Notes: generated by a model from the sequence alone, not told the origin. A stretch of 64,000 bases of DNA from Microcoleaceae cyanobacterium (GCA_051652765.1 JBOFUV010000148.1:49341-113340), one strand, 5' to 3'; counted from the stretch's first letter, positions 45,968 to 56,699 are shown. Numbers and translations: made by a program.

Positions 45968-47170
45968 TTATCGATTGCAAAATCGTCGAATGCGTTTACC
46001 TGTATTCAAATCCCACACTGTAATATCGTTGCCTGCTCGATTCCCGTTCACCAGAATCTTAACGTCTGAAGTAAAGGCATGATCGCCCCAACCCGATTTT
46101 CCTTCAAGCTGATGAACTTTCGCGCCTGTGGCCAAGTCCCAGAGGGTATAGTTCCCTCGGCTATCAATGGTGAGGAAGGACTTCCCATTCGGGCTAATAT
46201 CGATTTCGTTGTAAGGTTCAGTGTTGTTGAATGCTTTAATCTCTGCCCCTGTGATCAGGTCATATAGGCCCAGCCCCCCCTCTGTCTGGATGAGAACCTG
46301 TTTACCATTTGGGGTTCTGGCAAACGGATATTCAATGTAGCTGCCCCTGAGGGTTTGTAGCTCTGCCCCAGTCGCAATCTCCCGGAACCGCTTCACATCC
46401 CCTGCGTTCTGTAGGAGTAACGTTTTATTACCTGCACTGATGGCTAGGGGAGTGTGGCTAGGATCAGCCTTCATACTCCCGATTTGATTGCCTGTAGCAA
46501 TTTCCCAAATTTTCACAGTGCCGTCCTTGTCCATACCGGCGAAGACTCCGCCATCTGGACTCACTACAAGAGGAAACCGTTGCTGTGCTTGGGTGTTCAG
46601 GGTTTTCTTGACTTGACCCGTCGATAACTCCCAGACTTGAATAACACCGCTATTGTCTTGACTCACCAGCGTTCTACTGTCTGGACTGACAACGAGAAAG
46701 CGAATCAGATCGGCATGACCCCTGAGGGTGCGAATCTGTTCACGGCTAGCCAGATCCCAAACTTGAATCTCATATTTTCCAGGGCCGCCAATTGAGCCAA
46801 GGGAATAGGTCGCACTAATTAAGGTCTGGCGATCTGGAGTCACCACGAGGTCACTCACCGAGGAGAATATTCCAGCTTTTTTTGCAACTGTGTCACGAAG
46901 TGTAGCCGTGTCATGCAGTTTTTTTCCAGTGGCAGTATCCCAGAGTTTGATCTGTTTACCCCCTGTGATCAATGTTTTGCCATCAGGAGTCATGACTAGG
47001 GAATTAAGCGTTCCCTTGGGGCAGAAAAGGGACTCGTCTCCGAAAAGACGGCCCCCTAGATGGTTAACGCCATAGATAATGCCAGTGAAAGTGGCGATCG
47101 CCGCAGCAGACAAAACAATCCCACCCACTAAGGTCTGCAAAGATTTCATTGAATTGATCGTTGTTTTCAA
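45968..47170 (-). CDS. WD40 repeat protein with N-terminal TM
   Basis: Repeated SPDG...IKLWD/QVWD/VKIWE units. Confidence 0.85.
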   Translation of the reverse strand: MKTTINSMKSLQTLVGGIVLSAAAIATFTGIIYGVNHLGGRLFGDESLFCPKGTLNSLVMTPDGKTLITGGKQIKLWDTATGKKLHDTATLRDTVAKKAGIFSSVSDLVVTPDRQTLISATYSLGSIGGPGKYEIQVWDLASREQIRTLRGHADLIRFLVVSPDSRTLVSQDNSGVIQVWELSTGQVKKTLNTQAQQRFPLVVSPDGGVFAGMDKDGTVKIWEIATGNQIGSMKADPSHTPLAISAGNKTLLLQNAGDVKRFREIATGAELQTLRGSYIEYPFARTPNGKQVLIQTEGGLGLYDLITGAEIKAFNNTEPYNEIDISPNGKSFLTIDSRGNYTLWDLATGAKVHQLEGKSGWGDHAFTSDVKILVNGNRAGNDITVWDLNTGKRIRRFCNR

Positions 47171-47213
47171 GAGTGGCAGCAGTCTTTAAATCAGTGAGGG
47201 ACTCTGAACATTC

Positions 47214-48212
47214 CTACAGCAATTGTAACTCTGGATAGTTGGTCATCATGTCGTCTGCATCTAGCCCATCATCATCAGCTTGAGGAGCCCACAGAATTTC
47301 GACCGCGAGCAACTGTTCCCCAGACAGAGACCCTAGCCGACTGAGCACCTGTCGCATTGCTTCTAAGGTAGCAATCTTGGGTAGTTGCAGGGTACCTGTT
47401 GCACCTATCACTAAGGTGACAACGATATATTCACTGATGGGTTCACTCACAAACTCACTGAGAGCCTTGGTTTCATCCCCTGGCACAATAGCGCTTCCTG
47501 CAACTGAAGCCAACTTTTGATTGTTCACGTTAGACAGGGTTTCTGCTGTAAACTTGCTGCGCTCCGCCAACGTCCAACGGTTAAATTGGGTTTCGGCGGC
47601 CTCTAATCCCTGGGTTTGAACGTGAGCCGCTCCATAGGCCCAGTATTCAGGATGGCGCAACAGGGCTAAGGTTGCTTCTTGCAAGACCTGAGCCCGACCT
47701 GCGGCGGAACCTGTGTCTGCGGTTTCGGTCATGCGGTTGAGGTCTGCTTGCAAACTGCGGGCTTGAGCCAGTAACCCAACCTGCACTTTGGCCACAGAAA
47801 CACTGTTACTTCCCGTCGCTTCTAGCTCTCCTCTTGTCGAAACGCTCGAGAAACTTTTGATCAGGGAATTGGCGATCGCAATCACAACCAAGACAGAGAG
47901 CACTCCACCCAGTCCACCCCCAAAACCAAAGAAGGGAATCAAAAAAGGAAATCCAAACCCACCGCCCCCGTAGTAACCGCCCCCATAGTAAGCACCACTG
48001 GGTGATCGGGTTTGAGGAGAAGTATAAGTACGGCTAGGAGGTCTACTGAAAGAGCCTCCCCCAATGCGACCGCCGCTGCGGGCAGCTAAAGCGCCATCCG
48101 CTTGACTGATGACTAACATGAGTATCAGAGAAATAGCGACGAAAAATTTTAAGCTAGCTCTCCAGCTAACGTTCAAACTAGATTTAACCCAATTGCGAAG
48201 TGTTTTACCCAT
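47214..48212 (-). CDS. DUF1517 (FLAP1-like) protein
   Basis: SGGRIGGGSF, LALLRHPEY, ERSKFTAETLSN, AVEILWAPQ. Confidence 0.88.
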   Translation of the reverse strand: MGKTLRNWVKSSLNVSWRASLKFFVAISLILMLVISQADGALAARSGGRIGGGSFSRPPSRTYTSPQTRSPSGAYYGGGYYGGGGFGFPFLIPFFGFGGGLGGVLSVLVVIAIANSLIKSFSSVSTRGELEATGSNSVSVAKVQVGLLAQARSLQADLNRMTETADTGSAAGRAQVLQEATLALLRHPEYWAYGAAHVQTQGLEAAETQFNRWTLAERSKFTAETLSNVNNQKLASVAGSAIVPGDETKALSEFVSEPISEYIVVTLVIGATGTLQLPKIATLEAMRQVLSRLGSLSGEQLLAVEILWAPQADDDGLDADDMMTNYPELQLL

Positions 48213-48497
48213 TGTGTGTTCAGATTGTATATTCAGACTGATTGTTTCAACTAGATTTTTAAAACGAGAGTTAGAGCTGCTGTATATTCAAGTTGTGTTT
48301 TCAGACTATAAACTCAAACTCAAAAAGTACTGAAAATTCAGAGTTAGAGCTTGGGAGTTTTACAGTCTTTTTCAATTGTGCTCAACTCATTTCCATAGTT
48401 ATACTCTAACGTTTCTGCCCTATCCTCATGGCTGACGAACAATGTGTGATTTCCACCCCTAAAGGCTCTGAGCTGTTGAGCACAATCTTTAATCTTT

Positions 48498-49124
48498 ATG
48501 TTAGATGCCTGTTTCTACATCGTTTTGAAGTGCATTTTGAAGTGCATGATAGTGACCGGGTCAAAGGGCATGAAGGGCCAAATTGTCCAACCCCTGGGCC
48601 TGTATTCTGAACCGTCTTCTGAGTTGACTGCTTCAGGTCTCCCTCAATCGTTTAAACCGACAAACCGTTTATCTGGGACTCAAACAGCTTGTCCGGCGGA
48701 TCTCGATCAGTTGGTTCAAGACTTATTGCCGGATTTGCCCAGCTATGCCAATCGAGCAAGGCTACGCTATCCTGCAAAGGGTTTGGGAGAGAAACCCAGC
48801 TATGTGATTTCAGCCGAACGCCTGGAGTTGGAACCTCTCCCCCCAGAAATTGAATCGGTTGTTGGAGACAATCAAGTGATCATAATCACAACTTGGGAAA
48901 GATGGTACGAACAACAACGGGTCATAGAAGTTAAACAAGTCCATTGGCTAATCTGGCAACGAACCCAGGAAGGATGGATCTTAGTTCAGTTGTTTTCCAA
49001 GTCAAGCCCCTATCCAGGCTATCGTCTGCTCCCAGAAATCAGGGATAATACAAAAGGCTGGATTGCAGCAGCGATTCGTCAATGGCTACAGGATTGTTTG
49101 ATAGAGTCTCCTGCTTCCAGTTGA
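48498..49124 (+). CDS. Cyanobacterial hypothetical protein (start uncertain)
   Basis: CPADLDQLVQDLLPDLPSYANR...IAAAIRQWLQDC. Confidence 0.6.
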   Translation: MLDACFYIVLKCILKCMIVTGSKGMKGQIVQPLGLYSEPSSELTASGLPQSFKPTNRLSGTQTACPADLDQLVQDLLPDLPSYANRARLRYPAKGLGEKPSYVISAERLELEPLPPEIESVVGDNQVIIITTWERWYEQQRVIEVKQVHWLIWQRTQEGWILVQLFSKSSPYPGYRLLPEIRDNTKGWIAAAIRQWLQDCLIESPASS

Positions 49125-49215
49125 TTGTGCAAGACCGATTGTCAAAGATTCTGAAATTCTCCGGAATAGTCCCTATGAATTCTGTGATTACAAGGATGAG
49201 GCACGAGGAAACCCA

Positions 49216-52200
49216 GTGAGGAAACCTAGTATGTTCAATCCGATTCAGTACCATCGAGTTTGGAAACGATGGCTGCCAATAATGCTGTTTGTCTTGACCT
49301 TGGCAGGGTGTCGGATTTTTAGCGCGTCGGTGCCAGAAAGCACTCCTCTCGTAGTGGTCGCACCCCTTGCCTCCCCTCAATTACCCGATTGGATTGAACA
49401 AATTAGCCCGACTGGAGCCGCAAATTCCCTGAATCAGATTCGGATTTTATTCAGAGATCCGTTGGTTCCCGTCGAACAATTGGACTCTGGCCAACAAAAA
49501 AAGTTGCTGCAAAAATTCCAACTGACACCTGAATTGCCCGGTCAATTTCGCTTTTTAACCCCGCGCATGGTTGGATTCCAAGCAGAACGGGCCTTACCTC
49601 TGGCGACGCGAATTCAGGTGACGTTAAAGACAGGACTAGAAGACCTCAATAGTCATCGTTTAGAACAGGATTTAGCCTGGACATTTAGTACAGAACCAAT
49701 TCAAATCTCCAACTTTCCTGGATTGGAAACCGAGGAAAATCCAGACGCAGGAAAACTGCCGATTGATTTAATGCCTAGTCTCAAATTCAATTCAAATGTT
49801 GAACTTGATTTAAACTCTCTCCAACAGTTCGTTCAACTCCTGTCTGAGAAAATCAAGAAAGCAATTCCGGTTAAGGTTGAACTGAGCAAAAACAAATTTG
49901 ACCCAGACTCTTTGCCACCTCAAACTCAGTTTGACCCCTCAAAGCATACCTGGGAATATCAGATTACCCCCACACAACCCTTAGAAAAAGCCTCAACTTA
50001 TACCTTATCTCTTCAACCTGGGCTTAAATCAATTCAGGGAAATTTAACCAAGGAATTTATTACCTCTAGTCAGCTTCATACCTATGAACCTCTAGCATTT
50101 AAAACCCTAGAATTCTATGGAAAACCTGTTTCAGGTGGAGCCTATGGCAGGTTTGAAAATGGCAGCCCTCAACTCAAGTTTAATAATAAAATTATTGCTC
50201 AATCAGCCCTAGAAAATATTAAAATCAGCCCTGCTTCCCCAAAGAATTCACCTAAACTGGTTCAAGTTTACGGTGATACAGAGATTGTCAGTTTAAATCC
50301 CTGGGCATTGGAGCCAAACATTAACTATCAAATTACTATTGGTGCCGGGTTAAAAGATGAGTTTGATCAAACCTTAGGAAAACCTGTTACCCTCAACTAC
50401 CAAACCGGGGATCTAGCGGCAGACATCTGGGCTCCTTCAGGGTTGAATATTTTTCCAGCCAATCAGGATCTAGAATTAAACGTTTCAACTGTAAACTTAC
50501 CGCAGTCCAAGTATCGAGCGGGCTATGACATTGTGCAGTCTACGGATTTAGTTTATACCGACTCAGCCTATCCCAGACCTGGAAAGAATCTCCTGCCTGA
50601 CCCAGAAGATTGGAGCTCATTCCGAGTCAAAGATTTACCCAATCAAACTCAGGAAACCTCTATTCGACTGAAGCAAAAACTGGGCAAGGAAACTGGATTA
50701 TTAGCCTATGGAATTAAAGCAAGAACGACTTCGTATCTTCCTGAGAAGAATGAAGCACAACCAGAGGCCAAACTCGGAGAAAAACAGTGGAATGAACCCG
50801 TCTTTTATGGCTTAGTTCAACTGACAAACTTAGGGGTATTTGCCCAGTGGTTTCCCGAGTCTGGTCTGGTTCGAGTCAATCATTTAGAAGATGGTTCTGC
50901 GGCTGTTAATACCACGGTTGAAATTTATCAATCCCAACTCGAAGCGACAATATTTCCGACTCCTAAACCCTGTGCAACTGGAACAACAGATGCGACTGGA
51001 CTCTTGAGATTGACGGCGGCTGATTTACAACAATGTATGCAGGGAAATCGCTTTGTGAAACCCCCTGAATTGTTGGTCATTGCTCGGGAAGATCAGGATT
51101 GGGCATTTACCCGAACCTACGGCTACAGCGGTACCTACGGCTATGGCATCTTTGCAGACTGGGAAACCAATCAACCTCAATCCCGAGGCGTGATTTTCTC
51201 CGATCGCCAACTGTATCAACCAGGAGAAAAAGTTGCCCTGACTGGCATTGCCAACTACTTTCAGAATGGTCAACTCAAGTCCGATCGAAACAGCAGCTAC
51301 ACCGTTACCCTGCAAAATCCAAAGGGGGAGAGCAAACTCATTGGTCAATATACAACCAATGAGTTTGCAACATTTTCATCGGAATTTTCCCTGGATTCAA
51401 ATCAGGAACTGGGTGATTATTTTGTGATTGCAAAAGCCAAAAATGGATTGAAAGTAACTGGCAACTTTAGGGTTGCAGAATTTAAGCCTCCAAACTTTAA
51501 AGCAAGCTTAACTCTGGATCGAGAAATTGCTTTAGTTGATGAAACAATTACAGCAACAACCCAGAGTGATTACTTATTTGGTGCGCCTGTCTCTAATGCC
51601 AATGCCAATTACTATGTCACCCGAACTGCAACGGAATTTACTCCCAAAGGATGGGAAAAATATACGTTTGGCCGACAGTGGTTTTGGCCCGAAGAAAAGC
51701 CGTCTCTGTCCAGTGATGTTCTCCAGAAATCTCAGGTGTTAGATCATGCTGGAACAGGGAGTCAAATTGTAAAAATTGCCAAGGATTTACCCTATCCAGC
51801 TCAGTATCGAGTGGACGTTGAAGTATCTGATGTTTCTAACTTATCTGTGACGGATTCAAAAACAGTGATGGCGTTACCTAGCGATCGCTTGATTGGCCTA
51901 AAAAGTCCATTTGTTGCAGAAGCAGGTCAAGAATTTTCCCTAGAATTAATCGTCACTGATCCAACTGGAAAACCCTTAGAAAATGTTGACTTGAACATAG
52001 AGCTACACAAGATGGATTATAGCAGTGTGACACGGGTCGTTGAGGGCGGACAAACCAATCAAAACCAGGTAGAGTACAAAACAGTGGCTCAAGCTCCAGT
52101 GAAATCCAAAGCCACAGAACAAACTGTGAATCTAACTCCGCCTGAACCCGGTTCCTACCGAATTCGTGCTAATTTTACTAACAGTTCTAACGAGGTAACT

Positions 52201-55077
52201 GCAACTGATTTACAAATTTGGGTGACTGGCAATGAATCTGTTTTCTGGGGCAAAGGAAATGAAACAGCCCTCAACTTAAAGTTGGATAAAGCAACCTATC
52301 AAATTGGGGAAACTGCAACGGTTTTAATTCAATCGCCCTATCCAGATGCGGAACTTTATTTTGCGGTGATTCGAGATCGGCCTCTATATGAAAAGTTAAT
52401 TACTGTTCAAGGGGGTGCGCCACAAATTCAGTTTAAAGTCACCCCAGAAATGTTACCCAATGCTGCCGTAGAAGCAGTGCTAGTTCGTAAAGGAGAGGCT
52501 TTATCTACTGTTGAACCGGGCAGTGTTGCCAACTTAGTTCAAACTGGATTTGTTCCCTTTAATATCAATCTCGCACCGAAGTATTTGCAAGTTCAAGTTT
52601 CCCCAGAGAAAGCTGAATTACAACCCGGAACTCAACAGACTCTCAATCTAGAGTTAAAAGATGCAAAAGGTCAGCCTATTCGAGGGCAATTAACCGTTAT
52701 GGTTGTGAATGATGCTGTGTTGCAACTGACTGATTATCGTCCTCCCAATTTAGTCGAAACGGTTTATGCAGACCAATCAATTTCAACTCGATTTAGTGAT
52801 AATCGCCCTGAGGTTGTCCTAGATCAAATGTCATCTCCACTAGCAAAAGGATGGGGTTACGGAGGAGGAATTTCTCAGGCAATTCCAACCAGTTCTTCAG
52901 TCCGCCAAGACTTTCAAGCCCTTGCCTATTACAACGGTTCAGTAATAACTGATGGCAAGGGAACTGCAACGACCAATGATCAAGAAACAATCATTACAGA
53001 CGCTACTGGAAAAGCCAAAATTACCTTTACAATTCCCGACGACTTAACTACTTGGAGAGTTATGGTGGTTGCTAGCGATCGCAATCTGAATTTTGGATCG
53101 GGTGAAACCACATTTACCGCGACAAAAACGTTGCTCGCAAATCCAATTTTGCCTCAGTTTGCTCGCCCTAGAGATCGCCTCTTAGCTGGAGTTTCGGTGA
53201 CCAATAACACAGGCAAAAAAGGAACCCTGGAAATCGCTGGATCTCTGACCGAGGAACTAAAATTCTCTGCGGGGAATGCAACCCATCAAAAACTAAAACG
53301 GGCAGTTTCTGTAGGCACTCAAGCCTACCGTTTTCCGATGGTTGCTCAGACTTCAGGCACAGCCCAGGTTAAATTTGAAACTCGCTTGAAAGATCAAACC
53401 GATGCCTTTGAAGTCCCCCTAGACATTCAGCCTACGATTGTAACGGAACAGGTGATTGAAACCGGGACAACCTCTGATACAGCCACAGTTCCAATTAACA
53501 TTAATCAAATGGTTAATGCTGATGTAGGAGGTTTGGAAATTACGTTGGCAAGTACCCTGGTTCCACAAATCATTGCTCCGGCTGAACAAGTCTTTCAGCA
53601 AACTGATTTTCCTTTCCTAGAACCTTTGGCCAGTAAACTTTTAGTTGCAGCAAACCTGGAACTTTTAAGCAAGAAATACAACCAGAACTTCACCGCCTTT
53701 GACTTAAAAGCTCAGACCAACCAAGCCCTAGAAAAACTTGCCCGACTCCAACGGCCCGATGGCGGCATCAGCCGCGATCCAGAACAGCAAATTTCCGATC
53801 CGATCCTGTCAGCCTATGGGGCAACGGCTTTAGCCAAGGTCGCTCAGGCCGGATTTGTTGTTGATTCAGATCAAATCAATAGTCTCAAAGCTTACCTGAA
53901 ACAAGTTTTAGCGAATCCCGGCAAAGACAATTTCTGTGTCGATTTGATTTGCAAAGCTCAACTGCGATTAGATATTTTGATTGCCCTTGCTGATTTGGGA
54001 TCACAATCCAATGAATTCATTGCCGATATCTATGGATTACGAGATGAATTTGATTTAGTAACTCAGATCAAATTAGCTCGATATTTATCAAACTTGCCAG
54101 AGTGGAAATTAGAGTCTAACGAGCTAGTGAATCAACTGCAAAAAAGTATCTACCAAACAGGCCAAACTGCAACGATTAGTACAGGGACAAATCCCAACTC
54201 CAGCTACAGTTGGATGCGATCGCCAACAGTTTCTCAGGCTGAAGCATTACAGCTTTTTATTGCTCAAAATACTCAACCCGAAAAAACAGATGCGCTCCTG
54301 AAAAGTTTGTTGGATTTGAGGCGGAATGGAGCCTGGGGTAGTACCTATGATAATGCCGCAGCACTAAGCGCTCTAGTGGCCTATGCTCAGAATGAACCGA
54401 CTCCTAGCAAGTTTGAGATTTCCGTACAACTGTCTGGCAAACCCATTGGCTCAACAGAATTTAATGGATACCAAAATTCAGCCTGGAAGTTAACCATTCC
54501 CATGAAAGAATTGCCCCGAGGCAAGACTAACTTAACCCTTCAAACCTCAGGTCAGGGCCGACTGAATTACTTAGTAGCTTATCGCTATCGGTTGGATGGC
54601 AATCAACCCGGACGATTGAATGGATTGCGGGTGGATCGAACCATTCGGGCTGCCAATGAAACTGAAGCCTTATACCGCATGGGGTTAACCTCAAACTCTA
54701 AGCCTTTCCAAGTTAAGCCCGGTCAAGTCTTTGATATTGGCCTGGAAATCATTACTGACCACCCGGTGAATCAAGTGCTGATTACTGACCCCTTGCCTGC
54801 AGGGTTTGAAGCAATTGATGCTAGTTTTCAGACGAGCAACCCCGCAGTTCAGGCCCAGTCCGATAGTTGGGAGATTAACTATCAAACCATTCACCGCGAT
54901 CGCGTTGTCGCCTATGGGGATCGCCTCGAACCGGGAGTCTATCAATTACATTACTTAGTCCGTTCAGTCACGCCGGGAGAGTTCGATTGGCCAGGGGCAG
55001 AGGCCCGCTTGCAATACACCCCAGAAGAATTTGGTCGGAGTGCCTTGACGACCCTTGTGGTTTCTGAACAGCCTTAA
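49216..55077 (+). CDS. Bacterial alpha-2-macroglobulin family lipoprotein
   Basis: Lipobox LAGC; SDRQLYQPGE, FRVAEFKPP, PDDLTTWRV, DPLPAGFE, YLVRSVTPG. Confidence 0.9.
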   Translation: MRKPSMFNPIQYHRVWKRWLPIMLFVLTLAGCRIFSASVPESTPLVVVAPLASPQLPDWIEQISPTGAANSLNQIRILFRDPLVPVEQLDSGQQKKLLQKFQLTPELPGQFRFLTPRMVGFQAERALPLATRIQVTLKTGLEDLNSHRLEQDLAWTFSTEPIQISNFPGLETEENPDAGKLPIDLMPSLKFNSNVELDLNSLQQFVQLLSEKIKKAIPVKVELSKNKFDPDSLPPQTQFDPSKHTWEYQITPTQPLEKASTYTLSLQPGLKSIQGNLTKEFITSSQLHTYEPLAFKTLEFYGKPVSGGAYGRFENGSPQLKFNNKIIAQSALENIKISPASPKNSPKLVQVYGDTEIVSLNPWALEPNINYQITIGAGLKDEFDQTLGKPVTLNYQTGDLAADIWAPSGLNIFPANQDLELNVSTVNLPQSKYRAGYDIVQSTDLVYTDSAYPRPGKNLLPDPEDWSSFRVKDLPNQTQETSIRLKQKLGKETGLLAYGIKARTTSYLPEKNEAQPEAKLGEKQWNEPVFYGLVQLTNLGVFAQWFPESGLVRVNHLEDGSAAVNTTVEIYQSQLEATIFPTPKPCATGTTDATGLLRLTAADLQQCMQGNRFVKPPELLVIAREDQDWAFTRTYGYSGTYGYGIFADWETNQPQSRGVIFSDRQLYQPGEKVALTGIANYFQNGQLKSDRNSSYTVTLQNPKGESKLIGQYTTNEFATFSSEFSLDSNQELGDYFVIAKAKNGLKVTGNFRVAEFKPPNFKASLTLDREIALVDETITATTQSDYLFGAPVSNANANYYVTRTATEFTPKGWEKYTFGRQWFWPEEKPSLSSDVLQKSQVLDHAGTGSQIVKIAKDLPYPAQYRVDVEVSDVSNLSVTDSKTVMALPSDRLIGLKSPFVAEAGQEFSLELIVTDPTGKPLENVDLNIELHKMDYSSVTRVVEGGQTNQNQVEYKTVAQAPVKSKATEQTVNLTPPEPGSYRIRANFTNSSNEVTATDLQIWVTGNESVFWGKGNETALNLKLDKATYQIGETATVLIQSPYPDAELYFAVIRDRPLYEKLITVQGGAPQIQFKVTPEMLPNAAVEAVLVRKGEALSTVEPGSVANLVQTGFVPFNINLAPKYLQVQVSPEKAELQPGTQQTLNLELKDAKGQPIRGQLTVMVVNDAVLQLTDYRPPNLVETVYADQSISTRFSDNRPEVVLDQMSSPLAKGWGYGGGISQAIPTSSSVRQDFQALAYYNGSVITDGKGTATTNDQETIITDATGKAKITFTIPDDLTTWRVMVVASDRNLNFGSGETTFTATKTLLANPILPQFARPRDRLLAGVSVTNNTGKKGTLEIAGSLTEELKFSAGNATHQKLKRAVSVGTQAYRFPMVAQTSGTAQVKFETRLKDQTDAFEVPLDIQPTIVTEQVIETGTTSDTATVPININQMVNADVGGLEITLASTLVPQIIAPAEQVFQQTDFPFLEPLASKLLVAANLELLSKKYNQNFTAFDLKAQTNQALEKLARLQRPDGGISRDPEQQISDPILSAYGATALAKVAQAGFVVDSDQINSLKAYLKQVLANPGKDNFCVDLICKAQLRLDILIALADLGSQSNEFIADIYGLRDEFDLVTQIKLARYLSNLPEWKLESNELVNQLQKSIYQTGQTATISTGTNPNSSYSWMRSPTVSQAEALQLFIAQNTQPEKTDALLKSLLDLRRNGAWGSTYDNAAALSALVAYAQNEPTPSKFEISVQLSGKPIGSTEFNGYQNSAWKLTIPMKELPRGKTNLTLQTSGQGRLNYLVAYRYRLDGNQPGRLNGLRVDRTIRAANETEALYRMGLTSNSKPFQVKPGQVFDIGLEIITDHPVNQVLITDPLPAGFEAIDASFQTSNPAVQAQSDSWEINYQTIHRDRVVAYGDRLEPGVYQLHYLVRSVTPGEFDWPGAEARLQYTPEEFGRSALTTLVVSEQP

Positions 55078-55130
55078 ACTTGACTGGGTCGTATTCACGT
55101 TTGAGCTACCCTTGGTCACTCCTGCCATAT

Positions 55131-55224
55131 GGAACCCATTTGGTCTCTTAGCGAGAGAAGCAAGACTGAAAAAATGAAGTATGCAAGCAGCTTGACAGAC
55201 AAAGAGTGGGACATAATCGAACCC
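55131..55224 (+). mobile_element. IS5-family left-end remnant
   Basis: GGAACCCATTTG possible terminal IR, then ATG 55174 MKYASSLTDKEWDIIEP resembling IS5 transposase N-terminus; abuts truncated array repeat. Confidence 0.6.
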
Positions 55225-55317
55225 CGTCGGTGAAGCCCCATAAAGTTTTCGGGTGTTGGGCGAGGACACGATTCCCTACGGGAGAGGCTGCACAACGATT
55301 TCGTCAAGGATGGGTTT
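55225..55317 (-). repeat. Array repeat R0 (truncated; 23-nt insertion)
   Basis: Minus strand reads KPILDEI[ins]DRVLAQHPKTLWGFTD, then cut by IS remnant. Confidence 0.85.
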
Positions 55318-55660
55318 AAGCTGTTGCATAGCCTGAGTATTGGCGTAAATAAGGCGGTTGAAATCCAATGACAATATCTTCTTTGGGGATACCTCGCTCA
55401 ACAAGATCTTGACCAATATCTAATTCAGTATTGTTAATCTGAATCCAAATTTTTTCGTTTTTAATATCTAAATGAATTGAACAGCCGTAGACTCTCTCTT
55501 TTTTATCCCAGCCGATCGCAACGACCTGGTAATGATCGTGTTCGGTGTCAAAAACGGTTTGAATCTCAATATCACCATAGGATGGTTTGTAGGCAGCATA
55601 TTGCTCCAGCAGTTGCTTGATGATGGTTCGATAAGTTTGGAGTTTTTCTAGACTTGCCAT
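55316..55660 (-). CDS. xisI: XisI family protein
   Basis: FDTEHDHYQ, GW, HLDIKNEKIWIQ, GIPKEDIVIGF. Confidence 0.9.
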   Translation of the reverse strand: MASLEKLQTYRTIIKQLLEQYAAYKPSYGDIEIQTVFDTEHDHYQVVAIGWDKKERVYGCSIHLDIKNEKIWIQINNTELDIGQDLVERGIPKEDIVIGFQPPYLRQYSGYATA

Positions 55661-56061
55661 AAAACGATTACCTCATTTTCAATGTCATAAACGAAAAGTT
55701 CAAGTTCATACTGTTGAATAACCATGCGCGGAAATTCTTTTTGAAAGAATGTTTTATAGGCGACATCTGGAACAGCAAGAAATAATTTCCGTTCTGGATC
55801 GGCCACTTTTAATGCCACACGATAGTTAATGAATTGCCCGATCGCGAGATGGAAATCAGCAAGGCTAGAGGTGTTGATAAAGCTTTTGATTTCGACGGCA
55901 ATCTTTTTGCCATCGCGTTCGGCGGCGAGTAGTTTTTCTGCACCGAGGTCAATGAAGAAGTCTACGCCACCTACTTTAAGGAAAAGCGGATCATCGGTAA
56001 TTTGCCAGCCGTCTTTAATCAGGGCAGTTTTGACCACATCATGGAACAGATCTTTTGCCAT
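55648..56061 (-). CDS. xisH: XisH family protein (PD-(D/E)XK nuclease-like)
   Basis: AKDLFHDVVKTALIKDGW, IDLGAEK, IAVEIKSF, AIGQF. Confidence 0.9.
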   Translation of the reverse strand: MAKDLFHDVVKTALIKDGWQITDDPLFLKVGGVDFFIDLGAEKLLAAERDGKKIAVEIKSFINTSSLADFHLAIGQFINYRVALKVADPERKLFLAVPDVAYKTFFQKEFPRMVIQQYELELFVYDIENEVIVLWQV

Positions 56062-56180
56062 TACTCGTCACCTCCATTGTCTTTGCCCATGCGGTACTTA
56101 ATATCGTAGTTGATGAGGTCGTCGAGTTCTTGGTCGGTGAAGCCCCCCGAAATCTTTTGATGTTGGGCGAGGACGCGATC
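56061..56180 (-). repeat. Array repeat R1
   Basis: DRVLAQHQKISGGFTDQELDDLINYDIKYRMGKDNGGDE*; TAATG overlap with xisH start. Confidence 0.92.
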
Positions 56181-56406
56181 ATGAGATTTCTGCAAGCCGC
56201 CCCATCTCGACGCTGACAGCATCAAAGCGGTTATCACTAGGTCGATAGGATAAAAGTTCCATCCCAATGGGTTCGCCCGTCGTTTCATCTTTGATTAGAA
56301 TGACTCCATCTCCCAGTTCTGTTGCAATTTGATTTTTTCGCGGAGGTTGCCAAAAAACTGTTAGCAACTCCATTTCGGGTTCGTAGTAGATTTTTACTTG
56401 TGCCAT
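56179..56406 (-). CDS. DUF2283-like putative antitoxin
   Basis: ATG 56406 MAQVKIYYEPEMELLTVFW...GVILIKDETTGEPIGMELL. Confidence 0.7.
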   Translation of the reverse strand: MAQVKIYYEPEMELLTVFWQPPRKNQIATELGDGVILIKDETTGEPIGMELLSYRPSDNRFDAVSVEMGRLAEIS

Positions 56407-56699
56407 AGGGGTTCTCCTTCTTTGATTGCATCGGTTTGGTAAGCCGTGATCAGAAATCCATCTCCATTTAACCGTCGGGCAACGCCAACAACCCATCGCT
56501 TTTCTTTCAAAACCAAATAAAACAGCAATAGGTTTGGATCGCGGCTACTGCGACGAATTTCATCGGGATTGGTCAGTGCTTGTCTGACTTCGGCTTCGAG
56601 ATCGGCAATGTCTGGATGTTTGACGATCAGTTTTTGCCAATATTCTTCTGAGGTGCGAACGGTGAAGTTGAGGGGAGTGAGGATTTCAAATTTACTCAT
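56394..56699 (-). CDS. DUF4258/RelE-like putative toxin
   Basis: WQKLIVKHP...PDEIRRS...GFLITAY; overlaps DUF2283 partner. Confidence 0.65.
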   Translation of the reverse strand: MSKFEILTPLNFTVRTSEEYWQKLIVKHPDIADLEAEVRQALTNPDEIRRSSRDPNLLLFYLVLKEKRWVVGVARRLNGDGFLITAYQTDAIKEGEPLWHK

